Assembly (NCBI GenBank): GCA_003156805.1
Contig: PMHV01000006.1
Span: 84,666 to 148,665, forward strand
Source of the DNA: Acidobacteriaceae bacterium
GTDB lineage: Bacteria; Acidobacteriota; Terriglobia; Terriglobales; Acidobacteriaceae
Direction of reading: 5' to 3'
DNA length: 64,000 nt
The translations under genes and the position numbers were made by a program. Each line of letters begins with the position of its first letter. The stretch's first letter is position 1. The notes beneath the pieces were generated by a model. It was not told the DNA's origin and made no database searches. It worked only from the letters and a program-made list of their open reading frames with translations. Shown one piece after another: positions 37,191 through 46,405 of this stretch.

Positions 37191-38360
37191 CTAGCGCTGC
37201 AGCGAGTTCGCAAACTGCAAAAACAAGCTGCCATTTCCGATGACCCGGTCGCCAGCCTTCAGCCCGCTTGTAATCTCCGTCTGTCCATTAAAGCCTTCGC
37301 CGAGGGTGACTGAGCGTCTGCCAAACTGGTTGGCAGATGCCGCGGCATAAACGAAGGGCTGGTTCTCGGTATCGCGCAACACCGCCGCATCCGGAAGCGC
37401 AATGGCATTGCGGATCGTACCGGCGTTTACGGTCGCAACCACATACATATCTTTCTTCAATTTTTCGCCGGGATTGGGCGTTTCGATGCGCGCCTGCAGC
37501 GTACGCGTGCCCGGATCGAGCGAGGCGGCCACGTAAGAGATGCGGCCGTGGAAGACTTCAGGGTAAGTATCCGTCTGAATCGAGACCGTATCTCCTGCGT
37601 GCACGTAAGGCAAATCCTTCTGATAGACATTGACCAGAACCCAAACCGTGCTGATGTCGGAGATCATGAAACATTGAGTGCTGCCCGGCTGAATGAGTTG
37701 TCCCGCCGACACATCCTGCTCCACGATCAAGCCGCCGATCGGCGCCTTCACCGGAACTTCAAACGACGGCGGGGCTTTTACCAGGGCGTCGGGATCGGTA
37801 ATTCCCATGACTTTCAAAGCGGCTTCCGCCGATACCAGGTCACCGCCGGCCTGCACCTCGGCCGACTCCGCCTGCTCCACATTCTGCTCGGCAATCGCAT
37901 GATGTTGATAGAGGTCCTGGGCGCGGGTGTAGGCTTTTTGTGCCAGGGCGTAGGCATCCTTGGCCTTCAAATAATTCGTGCGCAGCTGCGAGTAATCCGG
38001 ACTCGCCACGTACAGCATGGGCTGGCCCTGAGTTACTTTCTGCCCGGGAGCCACCACGATCCGGCTGACCGGACCGCTCACCTGGGTGATGACCGGCGTC
38101 GTACGAAAACTGTTGTAAGCCACGGCGCCGGTCAGGCGTAGCGTTCGAGTCAGCGTCGTGGGTTGAACTGTCAGCACCTGCACATGCGACATCTGATCTT
38201 GCGGAATGGTAAACAGTTCCGCATTCGTTGAGTTTGTTGCTCCATTTGAATTGGCCGCGTTCGATCCTGAGCCCCCGCAACCGGCCAGCGCCGGCAAAAT
38301 CGCCAATGCCGCGGCCCAAGCAGTCAACTGCGGCCAAAGTTTCCTACGGGCGTTCTTCAT
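37191..38360 (-). CDS. czcB: Efflux RND periplasmic adaptor (membrane fusion protein)
   Basis: Lipoprotein-like signal (ALAILPALAGCGG), a coiled-coil hairpin region and beta-barrel/HlyD_D23-like segments (…GDTVSIQTDTYPE.F.GRISYV). It sits between the OMP and RND genes. Confidence 0.8.
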   Translation of the reverse strand: MKNARRKLWPQLTAWAAALAILPALAGCGGSGSNAANSNGATNSTNAELFTIPQDQMSHVQVLTVQPTTLTRTLRLTGAVAYNSFRTTPVITQVSGPVSRIVVAPGQKVTQGQPMLYVASPDYSQLRTNYLKAKDAYALAQKAYTRAQDLYQHHAIAEQNVEQAESAEVQAGGDLVSAEAALKVMGITDPDALVKAPPSFEVPVKAPIGGLIVEQDVSAGQLIQPGSTQCFMISDISTVWVLVNVYQKDLPYVHAGDTVSIQTDTYPEVFHGRISYVAASLDPGTRTLQARIETPNPGEKLKKDMYVVATVNAGTIRNAIALPDAAVLRDTENQPFVYAAASANQFGRRSVTLGEGFNGQTEITSGLKAGDRVIGNGSLFLQFANSLQR

Positions 38361-39628
38361 GGCAGGTTCCTCGTTCCCACCGCTTCCTTCAACTGTTCCA
38401 ATGCGGTCATATAAGAGCCCAGCGCCTGGCGATAGGCTAACTGAATGGAACGGTAACTGCGCTCGGCATCGAGAAAATCCAAGAGGCTTGCGGCACCGCG
38501 CTTATAAGCATACTCGCTGATGTCGCGCGAATCCTGCGCCTGCTTGAGGTACCCGGAAGTATAGAGTTGCACCACTTCGTCATTGCTCCTGACCGCCTCA
38601 TAAGCGTTGGCAACGTCGGAAAGAACCGTATCGCTGGCCGCTTGCTGCTGCTCCTGGGCCTGCGTCAGCGCGTAACCGGTGCGCGCGATCTCTCCTTGAT
38701 TGCGATTGAAAATCGGCAACTCAAAATTTGCGAAAATCGAAGCCGTGTTCTCACCCGAGACATGAGTGAAGTCATACGTGCCGTTCACGTCTACCTTGGC
38801 GTTCGCTTTGGCCAGCAGGATTTGGCTCTGCGCCGCGGTTATTCCCAGTTCCGCGGCATGGAAGTCCGGACGCTCGTGCAGCGCCTTCATCTGCAGGTCT
38901 TCCAGGTTCGCCTTGAGCGGCTGGTAGGCCAGATCGCCCATCACGTCATAATTGGCCGGCACCGCGTTATAGCCCAGGAACTCACGCAGGGCGACAAGCG
39001 CCTGCACTTTCGCCAGCCGTGCCGAGGACACGTCGGTCTGAAATTGCAGCAGCTGCAGCTTGATCTTAAGATAATCGCCTTCCCCAATGTAGCCTGCCTT
39101 GAATTGCGCATCACCAATATCGACGGTCTGCTGAAAGCTTTTTAGATCCTGAAGCGCGAACTGAAGAGTGGATTCCGCCAACAAAACGCCGACGAACTGC
39201 TGGCCTACGTTGAAGGCCAGAGTTCGTTCGGCATCGGCGACTTGAGCGCGAGTCACGGCGGTTTGATCGCGAGCGGCTTGCAGGCGCCGCTGCCGCTTGT
39301 GGCCGCGTTCGAAGAGGTAGCTGATTCCGATATCGAACTGCTGCGTCTCGTCCAGATTCTCCCCGGAAAAATCCTGCGGACTGAAAAACGGGACGAACTG
39401 CGTATCAACCCCAAAAGTCGGATTAGGGCGCAGATTGGCTGTGATCTCCTGGGCCTGATTTTGAAGAATCAGAGTTCGCGTGGCTTGGATGGAATGGTTG
39501 TGCGCCAGCGCCAGATCGATGGCCTGATCAAGACTGATCAGCGTCGTATTTTGCCCAACGCTTGCCGCCACAAGCAGCAGGAAAAACGTCGCAGCCGGGG
39601 CCAGCGTCCGAGAATACCTGGAGCGCAT
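38357..39628 (-). CDS. czcC: TolC-family outer membrane efflux protein
   Basis: Two OEP-type repeats (L.LD.AI.LAL.HN..IQA…; …AEL.I.AAQ.Q…) and a 4-nt overlap with the adaptor gene. I set the start at MRSRYSRTLAPAATFFLLLVAA (the ORF track extends to 39676). Confidence 0.8.
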   Translation of the reverse strand: MRSRYSRTLAPAATFFLLLVAASVGQNTTLISLDQAIDLALAHNHSIQATRTLILQNQAQEITANLRPNPTFGVDTQFVPFFSPQDFSGENLDETQQFDIGISYLFERGHKRQRRLQAARDQTAVTRAQVADAERTLAFNVGQQFVGVLLAESTLQFALQDLKSFQQTVDIGDAQFKAGYIGEGDYLKIKLQLLQFQTDVSSARLAKVQALVALREFLGYNAVPANYDVMGDLAYQPLKANLEDLQMKALHERPDFHAAELGITAAQSQILLAKANAKVDVNGTYDFTHVSGENTASIFANFELPIFNRNQGEIARTGYALTQAQEQQQAASDTVLSDVANAYEAVRSNDEVVQLYTSGYLKQAQDSRDISEYAYKRGAASLLDFLDAERSYRSIQLAYRQALGSYMTALEQLKEAVGTRNLP

Positions 39629-40221
39629 AAGGGTTGAGATCAAAGGGCACCGAGCGAAGCCAAACAAATCCCGCACGGATGCTCGAACCTAACCAGCGCT
39701 ACGCCAAGCTCTGTCGTCTGTATCATGCCAAGTTCGCGCCTCAGGGCTCAATGGATGTATTGTAATTGACGGCATTCATGATCGCGCCATACTTGTGATC
39801 CTCTCACAATCCCGGTCAACACGAAGGTCGCGCGTCGGTCCCCTCACAACAATGGCTAACCCACAATTAGTGACCGTTCGCACTGTATGAGACGGCCACC
39901 AACGGTTGATCGCTATTCCAAAGCGTGGGTAGTGGCATCCTCGAAAAAATCGTTGTCGGTCGGGAATGCATGAGCGTGTCTCAAGCGATCGCGAGGCCAA
40001 CCGATTCCAGGGGCGGTTCCTCCAAGTGCCCTGCGCAGAAACAAGGCGCGAAACTTGCCGGCGGGTTCGCGCTGCTCTGGACATCTAAAGCGTTCTTAGG
40101 GACTCCCATGGTCTGGCCTTCTACCCCGTTCTCTCGAAGAAGGTGCTCGCACAGAGGAGCGCTTTCAGCTGCGATTCTCTTTGCGGTTTTGCAATGCCGT
40201 TGATGAGGACAAAAGGGTTGT

Positions 40222-43200
40222 CTAGAATTGCACTCGAAGTGAAAATTCGACCTGACGCTGCGAGGCGTTCGGCGCCAGCGTGGTGATGACTGCTCCAGTT
40301 TCTTGGCCATTGGCGGAGCAGTCTACACAGCCGCTGGGAAGCCCCAGGTTCACCCGGTTAAAAGCATTCAAGAAATCGGTCCTGAATTGCACGAGATAAT
40401 TCTCGAAAATAGCTATGTCCTTGGTGATTGCCACGTCGGTATCATAGTAGGAGGGGCCGCGCAACGAGTTGTTCCCAGCCGTTCCAAAGGTTCCGATTGC
40501 CGGTCTTTGCCAGGGACCGATCGGCGCGCTCGGGCCAGTGCTTCCCTTAGGGCGACTGAGCGGCAACCCGCCGGTGGTAGTGAAGTAATCGTTACGGTTG
40601 CCCGTGATCTGGACATCCCCCACAAGGTTCGGGCGACAAGGCCCTGTATCCCGATCCACGTTACACTCGCCCTGAATGTAGGTCGGGGAGAAAGGCACTC
40701 CGCTGGCCCAGGTTGTGCTCGTGTTGATCGACCATCCGCCAACCAAGTAGTTGGCAGCAGTACTGGCGTTGCCAAGCAGAGCTTTGCCTTTTCCAACAGG
40801 AAGGTTAAGAACATTGTAGAAAATGAAAGTGTGTTTGCGATCGTAAGTATTCAAACCATAGTCCAAGCCGGGATTCTGATTGTAGTAGCTCGCGTCATAA
40901 CCCAAACCCTTGGCCCACGTGTAGTTAGCTTGGAATTCGTAGCCTTTGGTGAGGCGTTTGACGAGTTTGGCCTGCATCGAGTTGTAGTTTGAGGAGGCAT
41001 CGTCGCCGTAATAGTTGATTGCCTGGCTCCAGCCGAAGGAGTAAAAAGGATAGCGCTCCAAACAGGCAGTGCTCTTAGGGTTCCCCGTCTCGTAGCAGGC
41101 CAGATAGCCCGCAATGGTCGGCTGGTTCAAGTTGTAGTAACCGTTGCCGGCATTCGTTATGGGCAAGTGAGTGCCTTTATTTCCTACGTACCCGATTTCA
41201 ACGTACATGTTGGAAGTGAGTTCGCGTTGTATGGTGAGGTTCCACTGATCCAGCGTGGGAACCTGCAGCTTCGGAGGCACAGCATAAACGGTCACAGCGA
41301 CCAAGTCACTACTCGGTATCTGCCCGTTCGACGGCACGCTGGGATACAGGATAGGAGGGGGCTGCGGGACACATTGATTTGGGTTTACTGTGCATTGAGC
41401 CTGGTCACCCAACTGAAACACATAGAGCTGTTTATCAGGGGTCGGGTTCGTCGGCTGTGTATTGTTTTGGGCGAGGGCGACGGGCGGGTTTTCCGTGGCG
41501 CTGGCACTGAATACCTGCGGAGACGCCGAGTCGAAGTTGCGGCCGTAGGCTGCTCTCAAAATGGTCCGGAAGTTCAACTGATAGGCCATCCCCACACGGG
41601 GGGCAAGATTGGTCAGCGCGTTGCGGATGTTGCCCTGAAGGTTACAGCAGGGATAGCCGGCGATGTTGATCGTCCCCGTATTGAGGTCTAGATAGCCTCC
41701 CTTATTCTGCCCATTGACCGATTGCGGAAAGTAGATCTCCCAGCGCAGTCCATAGTTCAGGGTAAGTCTTGGCGTCATGCGCCATGTATCCTGCCCGTAG
41801 AAGAATACCCGCTTCTGAAGTTCCTCCGCGTCTGAGATGCTGCCGACAGTGCGCGAGAAAGAGGTCACATAGCCAAGGAGAAATGTTGCCAAGCCCAAAC
41901 CGCCTGTACCTGAGGGATCGTTCAACTGGTCGGTAACCTTGCCGGAAGATGCAAGCAATCCTGCCCGATGGGGTGAACTGTTCACCATTAGATCCTGCGC
42001 GTAGCGGAAATCTGCGCCCCACTTTAACAAGTGGTTGCCGTGGGTCTTGGCCCAGTTGTTGACCCACTGAAATTGTTGGAGCGTTTCGGTGAGCGGGCAA
42101 TCGCATCCATTTAGGGTTTCACCGTCCCCAAAGGTGATGTTGCTGCTCACCGCCTGGAACGAGGGCTGGGTGATTTGGATGCCGGGCATGCCCGAGGTCA
42201 GGCTGTCGCCCAGATTCAAGCCTGGGATGCCGGCGCTGGTGGCAGGGGTGGTGTCGTAGTCATTCTGCAATACCTGCAGGTTTGTCCGGAAGAAACCAAA
42301 ACGAAAATCCGTGACCAAGCTGGAACTGAGAGAGTAATCCAAGCCCGTGGAAAGACTCTGGTTCTGCGACCGGCTTTGGCCGGCAAATCCATCGGGCCCA
42401 AACCCGCCACCTCCCGCCACAAACCCGAATGCGCTGGGACCGTTGATGCGGTAGTCGGCAAAACTGTAGCGGCCCAGCAGGTGAAGTGTTTCGCTCAGGT
42501 TGTCATCGACTCGCACCGTGTAGTCGTCGTCATTGTATCCCTCGCTTCCCGCAACGCTATAGTTGGAAACCACCCCGGGCAAGTTGGGCGGCGGCAGTAA
42601 GGAAAGCAGATTCACGGCTTGCGGAGAAAGGGAGCTTTGCGGAACGCAGTAGCCCGCTAGTCCTCCGGCACAGCCTGGGATCGCGCGAAACGGCATGCCG
42701 GTCTGTGGGTCATAGATAAGATTGGTGGGCAGGTACTCGCTCAGATCACACCCGCTGGTAGTGGTGAAGCAGGTGTCGCGAACCTGCTGGGTCGGAACGT
42801 TTAGGAATTGTGTGGAACTGAAGGAACGGCGCGTCCCCTGATAATCCCCGAAAACGAAGAGCTTGTTCTTGACGATCGGGCCTCCGAGAGAACCGCCAAA
42901 CAGATCAATGCGAAAAGGGGAAATCCCTGCCAGGTTCGGGTTCTGCAGGTTCGGGTTGCTCGCTTCTCCCCAGCTCGTACGCCTGAAGTCGAGTAAGCTG
43001 CCGTGCCACACATTGCCGCCCGACCGGGTCTCAGCCGCGACGACGCCGGAGAGCGCCTGGCCCGTCTCGGCGTCATAGCTTTGGGTTGTGATCTTGATTT
43101 CTGCCAAGGACTCAAGCGCTGGGTTGATTACATAAATCTGGGTAACCGCCCGGTTGTCAGTCCCGTCCAGCAGCAGAGCGGTGCCACTGGGAGGTTTTCC

Positions 43201-43752
43201 GTCCAGCGATACCAGCAGGCTCTGCCCAGGATTCCGGCTGAAGTTTGTGCCGAGCATTTGTATTTGTGCGCTGGGCGCCAGCAAGGTGAAATCGGAAGCG
43301 TTCTGAGTGAAATTCGGCAGAGACTGAATCGCAGTCTGGTCCAGCGTGATAGAAACGTCGGCTCGGGTCTTCAACGTGCTGCCGCCCGCGGTTCCGGCAA
43401 TCGCCAATTGGCCGCGCCTCGGCAGAACCGGATTGACCAGGGCTTCGTCGTCGGCCACCACCGAGATATCGAGGGTGGTTGTCTTTCTGCCGCCGGCTTC
43501 AGCTGTAAGGTCATAGCTTTCGGGAAGCAGATTCGGAAATTCGTACTCACCGTGCTGATTGCTTTTCGCTCTAAGCTGTGTCCCCTTCTCCACTGAGGTT
43601 ACGGTAACGGTGGCCCCGGCTACCGGCTCACCGGATCCTTCTTGAACGGTTCCGTGAATTCCGCCGTACGTGTTCTGCGCCGAAGCCGTCTGCGACAGCA
43701 CCAGCGCAAGACACAGGCGGAATAGCAGGACAGCAACAAGAGATTTCCTCAT
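40222..43752 (-). CDS. TonB-dependent receptor with an N-terminal carboxypeptidase-regulatory-like domain
   Basis: Signal peptide (…LVLSQTASAQ), then a CarboxypepD_reg-like segment GTVQEGSGEPVAGATVTV…YEFPNLLPESYDL. A ~1000-aa beta-barrel follows and ends in an aromatic residue (…SLRVQF). Confidence 0.8.
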   Translation of the reverse strand: MRKSLVAVLLFRLCLALVLSQTASAQNTYGGIHGTVQEGSGEPVAGATVTVTSVEKGTQLRAKSNQHGEYEFPNLLPESYDLTAEAGGRKTTTLDISVVADDEALVNPVLPRRGQLAIAGTAGGSTLKTRADVSITLDQTAIQSLPNFTQNASDFTLLAPSAQIQMLGTNFSRNPGQSLLVSLDGKPPSGTALLLDGTDNRAVTQIYVINPALESLAEIKITTQSYDAETGQALSGVVAAETRSGGNVWHGSLLDFRRTSWGEASNPNLQNPNLAGISPFRIDLFGGSLGGPIVKNKLFVFGDYQGTRRSFSSTQFLNVPTQQVRDTCFTTTSGCDLSEYLPTNLIYDPQTGMPFRAIPGCAGGLAGYCVPQSSLSPQAVNLLSLLPPPNLPGVVSNYSVAGSEGYNDDDYTVRVDDNLSETLHLLGRYSFADYRINGPSAFGFVAGGGGFGPDGFAGQSRSQNQSLSTGLDYSLSSSLVTDFRFGFFRTNLQVLQNDYDTTPATSAGIPGLNLGDSLTSGMPGIQITQPSFQAVSSNITFGDGETLNGCDCPLTETLQQFQWVNNWAKTHGNHLLKWGADFRYAQDLMVNSSPHRAGLLASSGKVTDQLNDPSGTGGLGLATFLLGYVTSFSRTVGSISDAEELQKRVFFYGQDTWRMTPRLTLNYGLRWEIYFPQSVNGQNKGGYLDLNTGTINIAGYPCCNLQGNIRNALTNLAPRVGMAYQLNFRTILRAAYGRNFDSASPQVFSASATENPPVALAQNNTQPTNPTPDKQLYVFQLGDQAQCTVNPNQCVPQPPPILYPSVPSNGQIPSSDLVAVTVYAVPPKLQVPTLDQWNLTIQRELTSNMYVEIGYVGNKGTHLPITNAGNGYYNLNQPTIAGYLACYETGNPKSTACLERYPFYSFGWSQAINYYGDDASSNYNSMQAKLVKRLTKGYEFQANYTWAKGLGYDASYYNQNPGLDYGLNTYDRKHTFIFYNVLNLPVGKGKALLGNASTAANYLVGGWSINTSTTWASGVPFSPTYIQGECNVDRDTGPCRPNLVGDVQITGNRNDYFTTTGGLPLSRPKGSTGPSAPIGPWQRPAIGTFGTAGNNSLRGPSYYDTDVAITKDIAIFENYLVQFRTDFLNAFNRVNLGLPSGCVDCSANGQETGAVITTLAPNASQRQVEFSLRVQF

Positions 43753-43948
43753 GGAGACACCCTAGCCCACATTGCAGAAACCCGGTTTGCTTCAGTCTTG
43801 AAGCTGGAAACCGCGAACGCCCCACTGGGAACGAGCCGACAAGTTAGCCGTGAACTTGCACTTTGTCAAGGGGAAGGTCAATGCCCCGGCATCAAGGAGT
43901 CAAAGTTCGGCGGGCATGGAGTTCGGGTTCCGGCCAAATGCCGAGTAG

Positions 43949-46405
43949 TTAGTGCGGCCCTGACTCGACGATCCAACGGTCCCCTTGCCTGCCCATTTTG
44001 AACACTACCGAATCCTGCACCAGTCCACCCCCTTCATCGGGACGAACCACATTTTGGGTGCGTTTGCAGGTGACTACGGCCACACTGCCGGTGATGTTCA
44101 ACTCTCCGATCGACAGCTTCATGCTGATCGATTTGGCCGCCTTGAACAAATCGCGTGTCCGTTGTTGGGCGCGGGCGGGAAATGTTGGCCATAGCAAAAG
44201 AAGTTGATCGATGTCTTTTTGATTGTAAGCTTGCTCATACTTGCGGACCATATCCCGAATCTGCTTGTCGTCGATCAGAGCGGCAACTTCGGCGCGGGCT
44301 TGTTGGCTGTACCTCCCCTGCGGATACTTGGAAAGATACTTTTGCAAATCCTCAATGTTCTTGCTGTCTCGATCACTGACCCACTCCTCCTCTTCTCCCC
44401 TGAGAATGTTCATGCGGGCACGGGCTTCCGCACAGACCGCGCCACGGCAGCGACCCAGGAAATCATCGAGAGCGATCAAGATTCCCGAATCGTTGCGGTT
44501 CTTGAGACTGTCCCATTCCAATTGCTCGGCTCGGTCGCGCGCGCGCGCCGAGAATCGCCCGCCAGGGTTCTCACGGATGAAAGCTTGCAGGGCTGGCAGG
44601 TCATTACTGTTCGCCAGTAGCTGCCAGCGCTGGTATTCGGTATCCACCTTCAGTTGGGCGGTATAAACAATTTGTTCCCCGAGAACCGACAGGAATTTCG
44701 AGTCGTCAGGCACAAAGCCATCTTTGGCAACACGGAGGGCGTGCTCGCCAGGCGAGACCGTGAGCGAGAAGGCGCCTGTCTCCGAGGTGGCTCCCACGTC
44801 TCTGCCATCCAAGCTGACGGTTGCGCCGGGCGGCGCGCCCTGAACCGACATAGAGCCCACCGCAATTGCTTTCGACTGCTCTTGCAGCTTGAAGATCAGC
44901 GGCGTTTCCGATTGAGCCTTGATCTCGATGGGCAGTGAAACCGTCTGAAAGCCTGGTTTCTCCGCGCGGACTTTATAGGTGCCGGCGGGGATGCCATCGA
45001 TACGCAAAACTCCTTCCTGCGCAGTTCTTCCATACTCCTGATCGTTGACAAAGATGGTTACGTTCTTCTCGCTAACATTCACCAACAACGACCCAGTGTT
45101 CATCAGCGCTCCGGACGCGACGCTGAACGACGCCCAAAACGGCGGGGGTGCTGGAGTCCGGAAGACTGCGGTGGGCCCTTCCGGGAGGGTTATTCGGTAT
45201 TGCCTGAGGTAGAGATATGCGCCGGCGGCAAACACGGGAATGGCGGCGAGAGCGGCAACCTTTGCGCCTCGCTTGTACGCAGCTTTTTGACGGCGCAATT
45301 CAGCGCCGGGTAGATTCGACGTCACCCAATCCCGGTCGAATACGCGTTCGTAGATTCGATTGCGCACCCTCAGAAAAGCCTTCTCGGACCGCGTGATCCC
45401 AGCGAGCCGCAAGACCGGCACCAAGGGGTTGGTTTCGTCGTCCCGGACTTTCCCGCCACGCCGCACCTTGTCGTACAGGCTGAGCAAGCTTGGAGTGTCG
45501 ACCTCGCTGCGCAGCATGCGTTCGCGCACGAACAGCAGATTGTCGTCATGTTCGCGCGCGCGCAAAGAGAGAAAGAGGTCGTTACATATGCGATCGACTG
45601 CCGAAGCAGTTTGGGCGCTGGCGGCTTCGGCTACGGCGCGGCACAGGCGCTGCGTCAGGTAAGGGTGGCCTCCGGTCCAGTACAGAATCCTGCGTAAGAG
45701 TTGGTGGCCACTCTGAGTTTTCCCTCCCATGCCGAGCGCAAGCGGGCCCGCTTCTGCTTCCGTGAAGTCGGTCAATTCAATACGGTGCCCGATGTTGAAG
45801 GGAGTAGTACGAGTATCGCGGATCAGATCGGAGGGAGTCGCCACACCGAGCAGGCAGAAAGCAAGTCGGTCCAGTGCCGGATCCTGGGCGCGGCGATTGT
45901 ACAGCTCTCGAATGCCGGCAAAAAATTCGTCGGTGGAGAAGGAGAGACTGCGGACCGCATCGATTTCATCAATGAACACAACAATCTGGCCCGGGCAGCG
46001 CTCCAAAAGAACAGAACGCACGGCGACCATCCAACGCTGCAGCGGGCCCAGGGACTGGTTCTTGTCCCATTCGTCTTCCAGTTCATTCTCGAGGTCGAGC
46101 TGCTCCCCGATGCGGTCGAGCAGTCCCGTGTACCACTGTTCGACGCTAAGGTTTTGGCCCAAAGCCGTCAGGTCGAGAACGGCAACGGAGGCTTGGTCCT
46201 TGCGCAGCCGAGCGGCCGTGCGGACCATTAGGGACGACTTGCCCATCTGCCGGGCAGTGAGTACGTAGCAAAACTCACCTCCTGTCAACGAGGTGTAAAG
46301 ACGGGAATCGGCTTCGCGAGCAACGTAGCATTGGGCGTCCCGATGCAGGGTGCCGCCGATTACGTAAAAAGATGCCGAGTTCGAGACGCCCAAGGTGTTG
46401 ATCAC
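43949..46405 (-). CDS. AAA_35-like P-loop ATPase, single TM helix, two PEGA domains, helical repeats and an NTF2/SnoaL-like domain
   Basis: The GTG start overlaps the upstream stop (GTGA). Walker A is [11 protein letters not shown] and Walker B is [11 protein letters not shown]. The winged-helix-like part has [15 protein letters not shown] and GGHPYLTQR. The TM segment is [20 protein letters not shown]. Two PEGA-like modules are present ([11 protein letters not shown]…[13 protein letters not shown] and [11 protein letters not shown]…[12 protein letters not shown]). The C-terminus is [24 protein letters not shown]…RWIVE (NTF2-like). Confidence 0.65.
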   Translation of the reverse strand: MINTLGVSNSASFYVIGGTLHRDAQCYVAREADSRLYTSLTGGEFCYVLTARQMGKSSLMVRTAARLRKDQASVAVLDLTALGQNLSVEQWYTGLLDRIGEQLDLENELEDEWDKNQSLGPLQRWMVAVRSVLLERCPGQIVVFIDEIDAVRSLSFSTDEFFAGIRELYNRRAQDPALDRLAFCLLGVATPSDLIRDTRTTPFNIGHRIELTDFTEAEAGPLALGMGGKTQSGHQLLRRILYWTGGHPYLTQRLCRAVAEAASAQTASAVDRICNDLFLSLRAREHDDNLLFVRERMLRSEVDTPSLLSLYDKVRRGGKVRDDETNPLVPVLRLAGITRSEKAFLRVRNRIYERVFDRDWVTSNLPGAELRRQKAAYKRGAKVAALAAIPVFAAGAYLYLRQYRITLPEGPTAVFRTPAPPPFWASFSVASGALMNTGSLLVNVSEKNVTIFVNDQEYGRTAQEGVLRIDGIPAGTYKVRAEKPGFQTVSLPIEIKAQSETPLIFKLQEQSKAIAVGSMSVQGAPPGATVSLDGRDVGATSETGAFSLTVSPGEHALRVAKDGFVPDDSKFLSVLGEQIVYTAQLKVDTEYQRWQLLANSNDLPALQAFIRENPGGRFSARARDRAEQLEWDSLKNRNDSGILIALDDFLGRCRGAVCAEARARMNILRGEEEEWVSDRDSKNIEDLQKYLSKYPQGRYSQQARAEVAALIDDKQIRDMVRKYEQAYNQKDIDQLLLLWPTFPARAQQRTRDLFKAAKSISMKLSIGELNITGSVAVVTCKRTQNVVRPDEGGGLVQDSVVFKMGRQGDRWIVESGPH

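Noticed and set aside
39776-40310. Short ORFs (92-109 aa) in the gap upstream of czcC, examined as a candidate metal regulator
   Set aside because: They have no helix-turn-helix, MerR/ArsR or response-regulator motifs. They overlap one another on both strands, as random ORFs do in GC-rich DNA.
43819-43828. GCCCCACTGG, resembling the GCCACTG core of the cobalamin-riboswitch B12 box, upstream of the TonB receptor
   Set aside because: It is on the plus strand while the receptor gene is on the minus strand. None of the other conserved cobalamin-riboswitch segments were seen.
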